NCBI GenBank assembly: GCA_951406725.2
Contig: OX597822.1
Location: 90,830,001 to 90,894,000 of the forward strand
Reading direction: 5' to 3'
Length of the DNA stretch: 64,000 nucleotides
Source: Octopus vulgaris
Taxonomy: Eukaryota
Part shown: one piece after another, positions 1 to 11,887 of the stretch
How the letters are laid out: each line of letters opens with the position of its first letter
Numbering within the stretch: the first letter of the stretch is position 1
The notes under the pieces: generated by a model
The model's database searches: none
Told to the model about the DNA's origin: nothing
Seen by the model: only the letters and a program-made list of their open reading frames with translations
Translations under genes and position numbers: made by a program

Positions 1-304
1 TTCAATTCGGTTTCAATTTCGCTTGCCCCAACATGTCTTCACAAGCAGAGGGGGTTGGCATGGGTGTCTGTCGTCGGATGAGGTTCTATATCGACTTCGC
101 TTGCCTCAACAGGTCTTTGTGTCCAAGGGAGGAAAGGCATTTATAAGTGGGCTGGGCTCACTTGTCCTGCCTGGTCTTCTCACGTACAGAATATTTCCAA
201 AGGTCTCGGTCGCTGGTCATTTCCTCAGTGAGGCCTAAAGTTCGAAGGTCGTGCTTCACCACCTCGTCCCAGGTTTTCCTGGGTCTACCTCTTCCACGGG
301 TTCC

Positions 305-308
<4 letters not shown>
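1..308 (-). mobile_element. RTE LINE 3' fragment (end of ORF plus start of 3'UTR)
   Basis: Reverse complement matches 41780-41930 ([26 protein letters not shown]); abuts (TA)n. Confidence 0.85.
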
Positions 309-356
<48 letters not shown>

Positions 357-382
357 CATATTATATAATATATATATATATT

Positions 383-457
<75 letters not shown>
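309..457. repeat. Compound (TA)n-(GA)n microsatellite
   Basis: Seen directly; similar (TA)n/(CA)n tracts near 14546, 17350, 37770-38330, 39380, 44466, 45660, 57120 and 63590. Confidence 0.95.
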
Positions 458-459
<2 letters not shown>

Positions 460-673
460 AATCGAAACATGAAAACACAAAGAGAAAACACAACAACGCG
501 AGGACGTGGAACAAGTATAGTGTTATTAGACGCTCAGGAAAGAAAAGAAAGAAAGAGGATTTAACGTTTCAAGCGGAGCTCTTCATCAGAAACATAGGCA
601 AAGGAAAGATCCAACGAAGGGAAGACGGAGGAAAAGAAATCGCCAACGATACACACGCAGTCACATTTTGAAT
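458..673 (-). mobile_element. Short non-coding hammerhead-bearing repeat, family H1 (Penelope pLTR/retrozyme-like)
   Basis: Reverse complement of 37983-38186; microsatellites on both sides. Confidence 0.7.
559..593 (-). ncRNA. Minimal type I hammerhead ribozyme motif
   Basis: Minus strand gttt-CTGATGA-A-GAGC-TCC-GCTT-GAAAC-GTT-aaat: canonical core, stems I and II, palindromic ACGU stem III. Confidence 0.75.
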
Positions 674-689
674 ATATATATATATAATC

Positions 690-1370
690 TTCTCTCTTTG
701 CTCCTTTACGCCATTTGGGCTCAACTCTCCTCCCCTCTTCATCTAACCTCCTCCGCTTGCCTCTCTCCCCCCTCCTACTTCCTCCCACCCAACTCTCCTC
801 TCTTGCCCCGACTCCTACTTCTCTTCACTCCTACTTCTCTTCACTCCTACTTCTCTTCACTCCTACTTCTCTTCACCCCTACACTCTTTCCTTCTTCTCT
901 CTTACTGTCTTTCTATCTTCTCTTTCCCTCTTCTCTCTTACTCTCTTCCCTCTTTCTCTCTTCTCCCTTACTCTCTTTCTCTCTTCTCTCCTCCCCTCTC
1001 TCCTCACATACCCACCTTTCCCTCCCCCATAAGCCCACCCACCCCCCCACACATTCCTACTCCACCTTGCCTATCATTCCCATCCCCACCCTATCCCACA
1101 TACCCCACCTCTACCCCCACCCTCTTCCTACCCACAAACCCCAACTCTACCCCAAGCCTCAGTCGAACCCCCACCCCACCTTCCCCACTCTTGCCTCCCC
1201 CACCTCCCAACAACATCACACCACACCACACTACACATGCAACATTACACATCACAACACACCACCCACACCCCCATCCCCACATTTTCACACCTACACA
1301 TACACACACACACACACACGTCCATACCACCAGCCCTCTTTCACACACACATACATACTCTCTTATACAC
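690..1370. repeat. Pyrimidine-rich low-complexity tract with 16-nt tandem unit (CTCCTACTTCTCTTCA)
   Basis: About four tandem units at ~812-880, followed by C/A-rich sequence. Confidence 0.8.
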
Positions 1371-1646
1371 ACATGCACCTTCGTGTTGGGGGTCATCTTT
1401 ACTTTGTTATCTCTCCTACTTCTGGCCTCTCGTGTGTGACCCTTCTGTCCGAAGTCAGTCGCCATGATAGATCGTTAGCCACTACACACATTTTTTCTCT
1501 CCTTGTTTTTTCTGTGTCCCTTTCTGTAGAAGAGCGTAGGCTCGAAACGTAAAAGACTTTTTCTATTCCTGAGCATTATACTAATACATCTGTTTGTTTT
1601 GTACACCACCTGTCTTCGTCTTTTGTTTTTTTCATAAACTCTCCTT
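1370..1646 (+). mobile_element. Short hammerhead-bearing repeat, family H2, copy 1
   Basis: Inverted homology to 1662-1996; ends in (TA)n. Confidence 0.65.
1520..1555 (+). ncRNA. Hammerhead-like motif, core variant CUGUAGA
   Basis: cttt-CTGTAGA-A-GAGC-GTAG-GCTC-GAAAC-GTA-aaag. Confidence 0.6.
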
Positions 1647-1661
1647 ATATATATATATATA

Positions 1662-1996
1662 ACGGGAAGCTTTATGAAAATAGACAAAAGACGAAGGCAG
1701 GTTTACGGAAATAAACAAAAGACAAAGGCAGGTGGAATACAAACAAACAATTGTATTAGTATGGCGCTCAGGAAATATAAATAAAACAAGTCTTTAACGT
1801 TTCGAGCCTACGCTCTTCAACAGAAAGATACACAGAGAAGAAACACAGAAAGGAGAGAAAAAAAATGCGTGCAGAGGCTAGCGAATCAACACGGCGATCT
1901 GATTTGGCCAGAAGTCAAAGATCAAACGTGAGACGCAAGAGCGAAATTAGGGGAGATAATAGGGTTAAATGACCTCGCTCCAACATAAGAGTGTGT
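1662..1996 (-). mobile_element. Short hammerhead-bearing repeat, family H2, copy 2
   Basis: Inverted homology to 1370-1646 across the (TA)n at 1647-1661. Confidence 0.65.
1791..1828 (-). ncRNA. Hammerhead-like motif, core variant CUGUUGA
   Basis: Minus strand tcttt-CTGTTGA-A-GAGC-GTAG-GCTC-GAAAC-GTT-aaaga. Confidence 0.6.
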
Positions 1997-2019
1997 ATAT
2001 GTATATATTTATATATATA

Positions 2020-2276
2020 TGTAGTGTGATGGATGAAGAGGACAACAGAACGAGAAGGAGGGGAAATACAAACAGGTCTCACCTCGGCGAAGATTCAGGT
2101 CTCTTCGGAACTCGTCATGTCGAGTCGCTTCTTCGTCTCAGCTCCAACTGCCGGCTTCGTTGATCGCCACACGTGCGTGCTGCTTGACCGCTTCCCCGCC
2201 GCACATGCGTCCTGCAAGCCCTACTTCCACCCTCCCTTATCTGTCGTCCTCTCCACCGACACCACAATACTCTACA
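2020..2276. mobile_element. Probable solo LTR
   Basis: GC/CpG-rich island bounded by TGTAGTGT...ACTCTACA inverted termini; no TSD seen. Confidence 0.45.
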
Positions 2277-2394
2277 TTGAATGCATGTTTTATATGGTGG
2301 AAATTAAATTCTAAATTGCATTGAAGAAATTATTATTCCTGTCTGAAAAAAGAATTTTCTTGTTCTTAACATTATAAATTTTGTTGTTTTCAAG

Positions 2395-2550
2395 AAAAAC
2401 CTTGCACACTCACAAGACAAGTCTTTTCGACGTATATCTGAATTAAAAGAGCAGATTAATCTCGATCAGTTGGCTAAACGAGATCTTGAAGAAAATTACC
2501 GCCTTATGCTTGATGAGAAAGATGAACAAGTGAATGTCTTAAAAACGCAG
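2395..2550 (+). CDS. GOLGA4: Golgin A4 (golgin-245)-like coiled-coil protein, internal exon 1 in window
   Basis: ttttcaag|AAA...CAG|gtaagt; 52 codons KNLAHSQDKSFRRISELKEQINLDQLAKRDLEENYRLMLDEKDEQVNVLKTQ, resembling (from memory) the GOLGA4 N-terminal SQDKSLRRIAELREE...EKDQYISVLQTQ block. Confidence 0.88.
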
Positions 2551-3524
2551 GTAAGTATTAATAATAATGGGTATTTATTTTTTCAGATTAAGATGGGATT
2601 CTGTTTATTGTATTTTTAAAAAAGTCTTGTGTTTGCAAGACATAAATAAGGTTGCTCTTAACGCAAGATGCAATCGGCAACAGAATATTCAAACTTTGGG
2701 TTGTAGGAATCAGCAAAACTCAACAGTACCCACACATGTACTCTTCCTGAGTTTCTGACCAGAAAGAACTACTTTTCTAAAACAATCCCCCACAACACAT
2801 CTGTCACATTTGATGCCCCAGTGAAGAAAGAGGCTGTTCGAAGACACCGCTTCCTGATGTGATGTCACTTCCCCTCACTTCTGGTTCCATCGTCATTTTT
2901 CCCTTGTGACCTCCCGTCATACCTCCACACATTGGTTTTAAAATTTTCTATGAATTTAGAAATTTCTTGGAGATGTAGGAGCTTGTATTTTTATTGCTAT
3001 AAATTGTTTTTATGAGTAGAAATCAGACCTGATCAAGTGAACTACATTCTTTTTTAAAATGGTAAAGTGTAGTTTGAGAGAGATTTAGCTGCTATTTCTC
3101 TTTTAGATCCTGTTTAAAATGGTAGTGTGGTATTGGGGAAGATTTAGTTGCTATTTCTAGCCTTTTTAGTAACCAAATAGAGGCTCACTTCTTGGCTTAT
3201 GTGCAGAAATAGTTCCAATATTTTAATGAATAAGTTACAATTTATTCTAATACTGATATTTTTTTTTTAATAAATGTAAGTTAATTTTTTAGTGGATTAG
3301 ATCCTGTGTGTCTGATGAAAAGGGAGCAGGAATTAAGTCAGAATGTAGTGTGTCTAGACTAAATTCTGTGCACTAACATTTTTATCTACTCATCAACTTT
3401 ATTTTTATTCCAATTTTCTTTTTTCAAGTTTTTGAATATGGTAGACTATTTTAGTAGTAATGTGTTGGAATTTATACGTTGAGGTACAGAATTAAATCTA
3501 TCAATTACTGACTATAAACAGTTT

Positions 3525-5400
3525 CATCATCATCATCATACGTCTGTTTTCTATGCTAGTCTGGGTTGGATGGTTTGACTGAAAACTGGTTAGCTGGGGA
3601 ACTGCATCAGGTTCCAAGCTGATTTGGCATGATTTCTACAGCTGGATGCCCTTCCTAATGCCAATCACTCCAAGAGTGTAGTGGGTGCTCTTTATGTGCC
3701 ACTGGCAGTTACGCAATACCGGCATTGGCCATGATTATGATCTCACTTGGTTTGATGGATCTTCTCAAGCATGGTATATTGCCAAAGGTTTCGGTCATTT
3801 GTCACCCAATGTTCCAATGGTGTTTTTTACATGCCACTGGCATGGATGCCAGTTATGTGACACTGTCATCAGCCACTACTATGATTTCATTTGGCTTGAC
3901 AGATCTTCTCAAGCATGGCATATCACCAAAGGTCTTGGTCACTTCTCATTGCCTCCATAAGACCCAACATTCGAAGATCATGCTTCACCACCTCATGACT
4001 TCCTGGGTCTACCTCTTCCACAGGTTCCCTTCACTGTCCTTGTCCATATCCACCACATAACTATATCAGTGCAGTTGTCTCTCTTGCACACTACATCTGA
4101 TGCTTCTTATACCCAACTTTTCTTTCAAGACGCTTACACTCTGTTGTGCATGCACACTCACATTACACATCCAGCAAAGCATACTAGCTTCATTTCTTTC
4201 ATGCCTACACATGTCCTTAGTGGTCACATCCCATGTTTCTCTGCCATGTAGCATGGCTGTTTGTACATAGGCATCATACGATCTACCTTTCACTCTGAGA
4301 GAGAGGCCCTTTGTTACCAACAGAGGTAGGAGCTCTCTGAACGTGGCCCAGCTTATTTTTATTCTAGCAGCTACCTTCTCAGAGCATCCACCTACACTAC
4401 TGACTTGGTTACCTTGGTAACAAAAGCTGTCAACTACTTCTAGTTTTCCCTCTTGGCATTTGATGGAGTTTATTTTCTGTACATTTTTAGTGTTACTAGT
4501 ACCTGTGAACCTTCCACATACAAAAATTATTTTCCCTGTCAACCTCCCTCTGATTTTGCTGCACCATTTGTGTGGCCATAACTTACACTGGGTACATCTT
4601 ATGGAGTTTCTATCTATGCCTTTTACAGATCGAGCACGGCTATCTACCTGAAGGGATTTGTGATTTGTCTGCTTTCCTACTTACTAAGACTTTGGTTTTG
4701 CTAGATTAACTCTGAGGCCCTTTGATTCTAGACCTTTCGAAGGTCATTAGCATAGAAGTGTTCTCAGGGGCAACTTGTCTTAATTTCCTCTGTTATTGCC
4801 TGGAAGACTATGATGAACAAGCAGGGTTTGAAAACTGATCCTTGCTGAACCCCTGCTTGTACCCAAAATTCATTGCTATACTCCTTGCTGATCTTCGCCC
4901 TTCTAACAGCATCCCTGTACATGGCTTGTACAACTGTTGCAAACTACTTGTTTATCCCTAGCTGCCACATTGACCACCAGATAAGGGAGTGGGAGACTCT
5001 GAAAAGCTTTCTCCATGTCGACAAAAGCCAGGTACAGGGGTTTATTTTTGGCCAGATATTTCTCCTGTAGTTGCCTAACCAGGAATATAGCATTAGTTGT
5101 GCTATATCATTTTTCCACAAGAAGTATACCCACGCCCCCAACCCCGTCAGTGTTCCCTGCTCAGAAAATCTTACACCTATGTTCTTTGCCTGTGAGGAAC
5201 CTAGCAGAACTTCCTCTCCACTTTACTTCTTGGATGCTGCACAAATCTACACATCTCCATTCAAGCATCTCAACAATCTCACCAGACCTACCTTTCAGTG
5301 TACCAACATTGTGTGCCAACTTTGAGGGTGTGGGAGGTGTGGGCCCATGAGACCCTGGGATAGGGGACAGCAGCGTCATGTACCTGAAAAGAAAGCTTGC
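3525..5400 (-). mobile_element. RTE LINE, internally deleted copy keeping the N-terminal endonuclease start, part of RT and the (GAT)n tail
   Basis: HNVGTLKGRSGEIVEMLEWRCVDLCSIQEVKWRG (APE endonuclease) joined to RT pieces homologous to 40620-41900; (CAT)n at 3525. Confidence 0.85.
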
Positions 5401-5884
5401 ATTTGGCAGAACTCATGAACATACAATAGCCTTCAACCTGCATACACTACACTATCAGTTTATATGCTACATAATCACTACATTACATAGGAAATAAACC
5501 CTAAGTAGGGATGGGGGAACATTAAGCCTTTGGAGGTGTTCATGGGAGAGACATCCGATAGAGGTCAGAGGATAAAGACTTCCAGTAGAGATGGTGGGTG
5601 GGTGCACTGCGAAACAGCAAAAACTCAGGCTCCCGGTGTGAAAGAATAGTAATAATAATGAGATAGAATTGGGCATTTGCATTCTTAACTAGAGCTATAA
5701 CCAAGAGTTTTGGTTGGCAAAACTGTGACAAAATTAGATAAATGAGTGAATAAATGACAATAATAAATCAGTGTGAAAGAGAGGGAGAAGGGAGAAAGAA
5801 GGAGTGTTGGATTGGGTGTAGGGATCTTAAGTTTTTTTCTCTAAACATACAGCATGGAAGACGAAACTGTGTTTACATAGATAG

Positions 5885-6322
5885 ATAATGAAGTCACTTC
5901 CTAAGTAATCAAGCTATGGCCCATTCTGTGACATGGTCCACCAATTTGATGCCTCTGTAATTATTTCTGTCTAAGACGTCACCTTTACCTTTATAGCAGT
6001 TGACTATAATGCTGCTACACCAATCCTTGGGTATGACTCTTGTGGACAACCCGATTAACTATATGGGAGACAAGTCTATATCCTACTCTGCCAGATTATT
6101 TTAAGCATTTCAGCAGTAATTCCTGACAGGCGGTGGGGGGGGGAGTTTTCCCTGTCTTCATATACTTGATTGCTTTATCTATCAAAATATTGTTGATTCA
6201 GATAGCTGGTCCTTCATTTGGGTCAACATTTGGCAGACTCTCTTCCCTTTCATTCTCCGCATTTAGCAGCCTTTCATAATGGCATTTCCAAGCCTCTTTC
6301 TTTGCTGTATCATTAAATGCGA
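5885..6322 (-). mobile_element. RTE LINE internal fragment
   Basis: AKKEAWKCHYERLLNAENE...LPNVDPNEGPAI and DWCSSIIVNCYKGKGD, matching 40150-40570. Confidence 0.8.
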
Positions 6323-6641
6323 AAATGCGTAAATTGCATGAAAAATCAAAAATCAAGATATAAAAACGAATTGCTGTAAACATTGTAGAAATTTGGCAAA
6401 GAAATGAATTTTTGGGATGTAGCCTGGAGGGCTTTTTCGTATTAATCGTTTGGACTTTGTGAACACATACCAATTGTTTTCATAACATTTTTAATGCTTT
6501 GAATTAAATGTGACCATTTTGTGTTGAGTCTGCAGTTTGAATCACTTTAACCAAATTTTAGCAGGCCGATTTTTGATCATCACGATACATCGCCAGCGAC
6601 TCCCTGAAATCTCCCCTGAAATCCCCGTTGAGAAATACTAA

Positions 6642-6868
6642 TCTATAAGAATAATTCAACAATGCAATTATTTGATCAACAAAAATTTATGAAACGCTAC
6701 TGCGTACTTCCTATTGAGGAAATGGAACACATAAGCACAAAAATAGAGGGCATTAAATGCTTGATTTTAAAACCAAAATAATTGAATTTTGATTGAACTT
6801 CATCCAAGTTTAACTTAATTCGCACGTGCATAGAACGCACAAGTGCACGAGTCGGGCAATACTGCTAG
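6642..6868 (+). mobile_element. Possible non-autonomous Helitron
   Basis: A|TCTATA start; 3' GC-rich hairpin (cgtgca...tgcacg) followed by gggcaatactgCTAG|T. Confidence 0.35.
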
Positions 6869-7579
6869 TAGTTGATAAACATTTACATTCTCTTTCATTA
6901 CTATGCAGCAATATATCTCATTCTCTCTTTCTGTCATACACATTTGCACAGCCACATGAACATAATCTTATAGTGTTTTAATTTATTTTTAACATGAAAT
7001 TACATTGAAGATGAGTTCTGAACATTTTTATATTTACATATTATTTCCATTTTTGCTATTGAATTTTGGTATTATTGCTAACTACTTAACAAGAAGTAGG
7101 CTTGCCAGTCTGTCAAATTAAGGTATTTAGCTATATCTCTAAACAATTTTTACAATATAGAAATTGAATTAATGATTATATAGCAGTAAAGTTGTTGTCA
7201 AAAAAGCTTCCTGGCTTTATCTTCCAATAGAAGTTGGTAGATAATGTCAGAAAACTTCTTTTGGCAACAGCCAGACCACCTTCAGTATGTAAATTGATTC
7301 TTTGGATCATGTGAATAGGATACTCACAGCTGGAATACCTTTAGCTATGCTTAAACTGGAAGGAACAAAAGCAATACAGCATAGATATTATCACTCTAGT
7401 AATAGTTATTTATTATTTCTGTCAACCTATTATGATTTATTTTTGTAGAGTGGACTGTTAAATATGTCATTTCTGTAATTTCTTTACAAGAGATCTGTGT
7501 AATTGATGGTGGTGATATACTAGTACAACTACAGTGTATGGAACCATAAAAAGAGTAATTACTGTGTTTTTCACAACAG

Positions 7580-7699
7580 GTCAGGCTTCTTAAAGAAGGA
7601 AAAGATATCTCTGTAGAAAATTACAACCAAAGCAAAGAAACTGCTTCTGCTGTAGGTAATGAAAAACCAGTAGAAAGTATTTCAGCACTTCATGAGAAG
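7580..7699 (+). CDS. GOLGA4: GOLGA4-like exon 2 in window
   Basis: caacag|GTC...AAG|gtaata; 120 nt, phase 0-0; VRLLKEGKDISVENY...SALHEK continues exon 1 (cf. TQVSLLK). Confidence 0.8.
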
Positions 7700-8289
7700 G
7701 TAATATTTTTAATTCGTTACACTGTAATTTAACATTTATTTGACATTTTGTTGCAATTTTTAAAGATTTCGCAGCATTTTTTCTCCTGTTAGTATGTGGC
7801 TTTGGTGGTTCTAGATGTGCAGATAGTTATATGTGCTGCTTATTTGCTGCTCTAATGTGGAATGTTAAACATCTGATGCTAATTTGACTTGATACAATAT
7901 AACAAAGTTTCAGTTATCTTGTCGTTTCAATTATTTATGGTTACAACTGTTGTGCTGATTATTGACATTACAAACATTCAGAAACATCTCAGTCAAAAAA
8001 AACCTTTTTGTCATCATTACTCATAATAATTTTGTTTCTCTCTATTAAGAACAAATTATGTCTCAATAATGTCATCACTGGTCTATAAACTATATTGTAG
8101 TAAACTTGTTAAAGTATTTAGATGTTTTGAATATCATGCATTAATTATTATCATCATCTTTTGTGGTTTTTTTTATTTGTCTGATTTGTATAATTTTATA
8201 CTTAAATGTGTGGCTTATTAATGCGAATGGAATAACTTTTCAGATTAGTAATTAAAAAGTTTTTCAAGTTTAAGAAACAAATTAATATG

Positions 8290-8892
8290 GCACTTAATGT
8301 TGAAAAATACTGTAGAGAGAGGAGACATCCTTGTTGAAAACCTGCTGTTCTCCTCAAGAATTCCCTGATGTAGTTGTTCAGGAGAACTGCACTGTTTGAG
8401 TTTCCATACAGTATTTGAATTACTTTGATGGAGTTGTTGTTGAAGTTGTTATTCTTCTTTACCTGCCACAACCCATCATGCCAAACTTGGGCAAAGGCCT
8501 TTTTGAAGTTGATGATGTTGTGATAGAGGTCACATTGATGCTGTAGATGTTTCTTAGCTAGTAACCTGATGTTAAATATCTGCTTCACAATACTCCTTTT
8601 CAGCTTCAATATTTCCTGTTCTTTTGCAAGGATTTTTTTCTACCTTCCCCTTAAGTCTGTTTAGCAGAATTCTTGGTATTTCTTTGCTGGGGTGATTAAT
8701 TAGACCCATTGTTTTATATATATTGCGTGTTCGATAAGGATGTCTAATTTTGCCAATGTTTTTCAACATCATTCTGGAGAACATCATGCAGGAGGCACTC
8801 TGAGACTTCCATCTTTCTGTTTCCATTGGAGGATGGCCCATTTCCAACCTGCACTTTGCTGATGATATTGATCTGTTAGGAAGTAGTGAAGC
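8290..8892. mobile_element. RTE-BovB-type RT fragments with internal inversion
   Basis: Minus 8710->8290 encodes RILLNRLK...DLYHNIINFKKAF...QGCLLS; plus 8729-8890 encodes VR*GCLILPMFFNIILE...ISNLHFADDIDL. Confidence 0.7.
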
Positions 8893-8894
8893 AT

Positions 8895-9242
8895 AGTATA
8901 TTCCATAAATGTCATTTAGTACCACATACCTATGTGAATCGAGTTTTTCAGCTTTAACCCTTATTAAAACCAAATATTGTTCAACGCTGAGAAATGTGGA
9001 AGATGCTTTACATCCAACAGTGTCAAATATTACACCAAGCACATCTGTCACAAACAAATCCTATAACTACTTTTATTCTGACAAACAATATAACTACATT
9101 TTTATATGTATATTGTTCAGTAAAAAAATAAATGAGTTGTGTATTTATTTGTATGTTTTATTTCATATTTAATACTTGGGGGTCACGAAAAATCTCATAA
9201 TGAAAAATGGGGTCATGAATGAAAAAAGTTTTAGAAGCACTG
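8895..9242 (+). mobile_element. hAT (Charlie/Buster-like) transposon 3' end
   Basis: FSTTYLCESSFSALTLIKTKY dimerisation-domain motif; terminus ggggtca...aagttttagaagcactg. Confidence 0.7.
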
Positions 9243-9410
9243 CTCTGATACAGCTATTCTTTGAAACCTACTAAGAAGGAATTTAGTTTTTTCAAATATT
9301 GAAATCAATTCATTTTAAATATCATTAATTTTCTTCATTGGATGTAAGCAGTTTTAGTTATGTTGGCTAAAATAAAATACTAATTTCTATATCTTTATGA
9401 ATATCTTCAG

Positions 9411-9545
9411 GTTAAACGCCTTGAAAATTTGCTGGGTAAATGCCGTGAAACCATAAAAAATAACAAAGAACGTACTATTGTACTCTGCGAAGAGAATGAC
9501 AATTTGAAAACACAGTTGAAAAAGATTGAAGAAGCCCATTTGACG
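9411..9545 (+). CDS. GOLGA4: GOLGA4-like exon 3 in window
   Basis: cttcag|GTT...ACG|gtaat; VKRLENLLGKCRETIKNNKERT, resembling GOLGA4 VKRQENLLKRCKETI. Confidence 0.88.
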
Positions 9546-10432
9546 GTAATAGATATCTCTAAAAAATATTTGTCTTGCTTGGGTAAATCTATGTAAATAT
9601 TAAATTAAGATGTGCTGTTTATAACAGGGAGTGAAAATGTGTAGATTAGCAACAATAACCAACCATCATTTACTTATCTGTTTTAAGGAAAATATAGATG
9701 GAAAAATTTTCATTTTATTTACTTATTTGTTAGTTAGAACTTATCAAAATCCTTATGAGCAAGGAGCTTGCTTTTCTTAATATATTCATTTGAGATAGGA
9801 AATATAAAGGGCACTCTGAACTTTTACTAGGACAGTTGGATACTCTTGCTCAACTGTGTTGGCTCAATGCAAAGATCAATTATTTGGTCGTTTTGCCTTC
9901 AACTGTTATCTAACTTACACAAATTTTAATTATTCAGCAGTGTTTATTTCTGTTATTCTTTGATCTGTTTCTGCTTCAATTAGCATTCTTTACATAATTG
10001 AGAACAATTGACAAACAGGATGCTAAACTTTTGTGGTTATAGATTTATATTTTACTACTGTTATGCTGTTTGCTTTATTTTTTTTACAACACCAAGATAC
10101 CAATGAATGAGCATCAAGATTGAACATATGTAAGAAAACACTGTCAGAAGTGCTACAATAATTTTATCAACTTAGTACATTTTTTTGTAGGGGCTATTTT
10201 TTTGTTTGATTAAAATACTATTATTTACTAAGGATAGAAATTACCAACAGACTTTATTTTTCTGGTTCACTTTGTAATTACGGCCCAAAAAGTGAGAAAA
10301 TAATTTAGCTCCAATCAGCTGACTCTCTACAAAGTTTAAGTATTGACTTACATTGAAATACTTCTCAAAGAAGAGGAATAGATCTTCCTTTTTCTTTGCC
10401 TAATGTTTAAGATTGTATTTCCATTCTGCTTT

Positions 10433-10684
10433 CATCATCATCATCGTCGTTTAGCATCCGCTTTCCATGCTAGCATGGGTTGGACGGTTCAACTGGGGTC
10501 TGGGAGGCCAGAAGGCTGCACCAGGCCCAGTCTGATCTGGCAATGTTTCTACGGCTTGATGCCCTTCCTAACGCCAACCACTCCGTGAGTGTAGTGGGTG
10601 CTTTTTACGTGCCACCGCGACAGGTACCAGACGAGGCTGGCAAATGGCCACGATCGGATGGTGCTTTTTATGTACCACCGGCAC
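10433..10684 (-). mobile_element. RTE 3'UTR fragment
   Basis: Matches 42290-42540 in reverse; (CAT)n. Confidence 0.85.
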
Positions 10685-10949
10685 ATTCTCAATTTTCAGA
10701 TAATAATTGCCTTAGCCACACAACATAACAATTGTACATAATCTCATTTATTAATCATCAGTGCACAAATTTCAAAGTTCCAAACTTAAGTGTTTGAGAT
10801 TTATTGATTGTTTTCGTAAATGTATTTTAATGAGCTCTGTTTTCTTTAGATAGTTCCCAGTTGTTAGTTTGAAATATTTCCTTGATAGAATGCATTTTTA
10901 TCTTTTGAAGATATATCTTGCTCTACTGGTCGATTTATGTTCTCTGAAT

Positions 10950-11167
10950 ATTCTTTTCTACTCTAGGTACAAGGCCCGAAAGTTTGGGGTAGGGGGGAAG
11001 TTGATTAGATTGACCCCAGTACACAACTGGTACTTAATTTATCGACTCCGAAAGGATGAAAGGCAAAGTTGACCATGGCAGAATTTGAACTCAGAACACA
11101 AAGACAGATGAAATACCGCTAAGCATTTCGTCTGGTGTGTTAACGTTTCTGCCAGCTTGTCGCCTTT
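10950..11167 (-). mobile_element. tRNA-derived SINE family B (Meta/MESC-like central domain)
   Basis: Minus strand has a tRNA-like head with B box gagttcaaatt, then gcctttcatcctttcggagtcgataaattaagtacc; 5' half repeated at 36448-36551. Confidence 0.65.
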
Positions 11168-11519
11168 ATGTTCTCTGAATATTAAAAAAACGACTGTGTT
11201 TAGTTCTAAACAGTGCTTCATTTTGTTTTTAGTTCATTTAAGGTTAATTCACCTCACCATTTAAGATCATGTCACCTTACTGTATGAGTTTATAGAATAT
11301 TTTTAAATTGATACATTCTGTTTTTATCATTGATAAGTTTAGTATTCTTCATGTTTATCTTTTTTATTTTATTTTATTTTTATCTAGTGCTTTTACTAAC
11401 TTGCAAAAAAAAAAAATCAGTAAAATTTGTTAAATTCTTTTCATGAATTTCTAAAAATTGTTTCAAATTCATTAGTTATCTTTAAAATATTTTTCTTAAT
11501 ATAAACTTCATGGAGGTAA

Positions 11520-11833
11520 TGACTGAGACCTTTCGCGTTATGTCATGCTTGAGAAGAAGAGCCATCAAGTCAAGCAAAATCACAGTTGTGACAGATACTA
11601 GTGTCATGCTAATTGTACTTGTGCCGGTGGCACATAAAAGCACCCCAGTGTCACGCAAATGACACCCATTACACTCTTGGAGTGGTTGGCATTAGGAAGG
11701 GCAACCAGCCATAGAAAACCATGCCAAATCAGACTGGAGTCTGGTGCAGCCTTCCAACATGCCAGCTCAGTCAAACTGTCCAACCCATGCTAGAATGGAC
11801 AACGGATGTTAAATGATGATGATGGTGATGATG
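11520..11833 (+). mobile_element. RTE 3'UTR fragment
   Basis: ggagtggttggcattaggaaggg...gtccaacccatgctag...(GAT)n. Confidence 0.8.
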
Positions 11834-11887
11834 ATATATATATATATATATATCTTTTTAGCAAACATTTTCTTTTTTATTATATAG

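Noticed and set aside
668-1552. 294-aa ORF rich in L/S/P/H/T
   Set aside because: Translation of pyrimidine-rich low-complexity DNA; no domain or splice support
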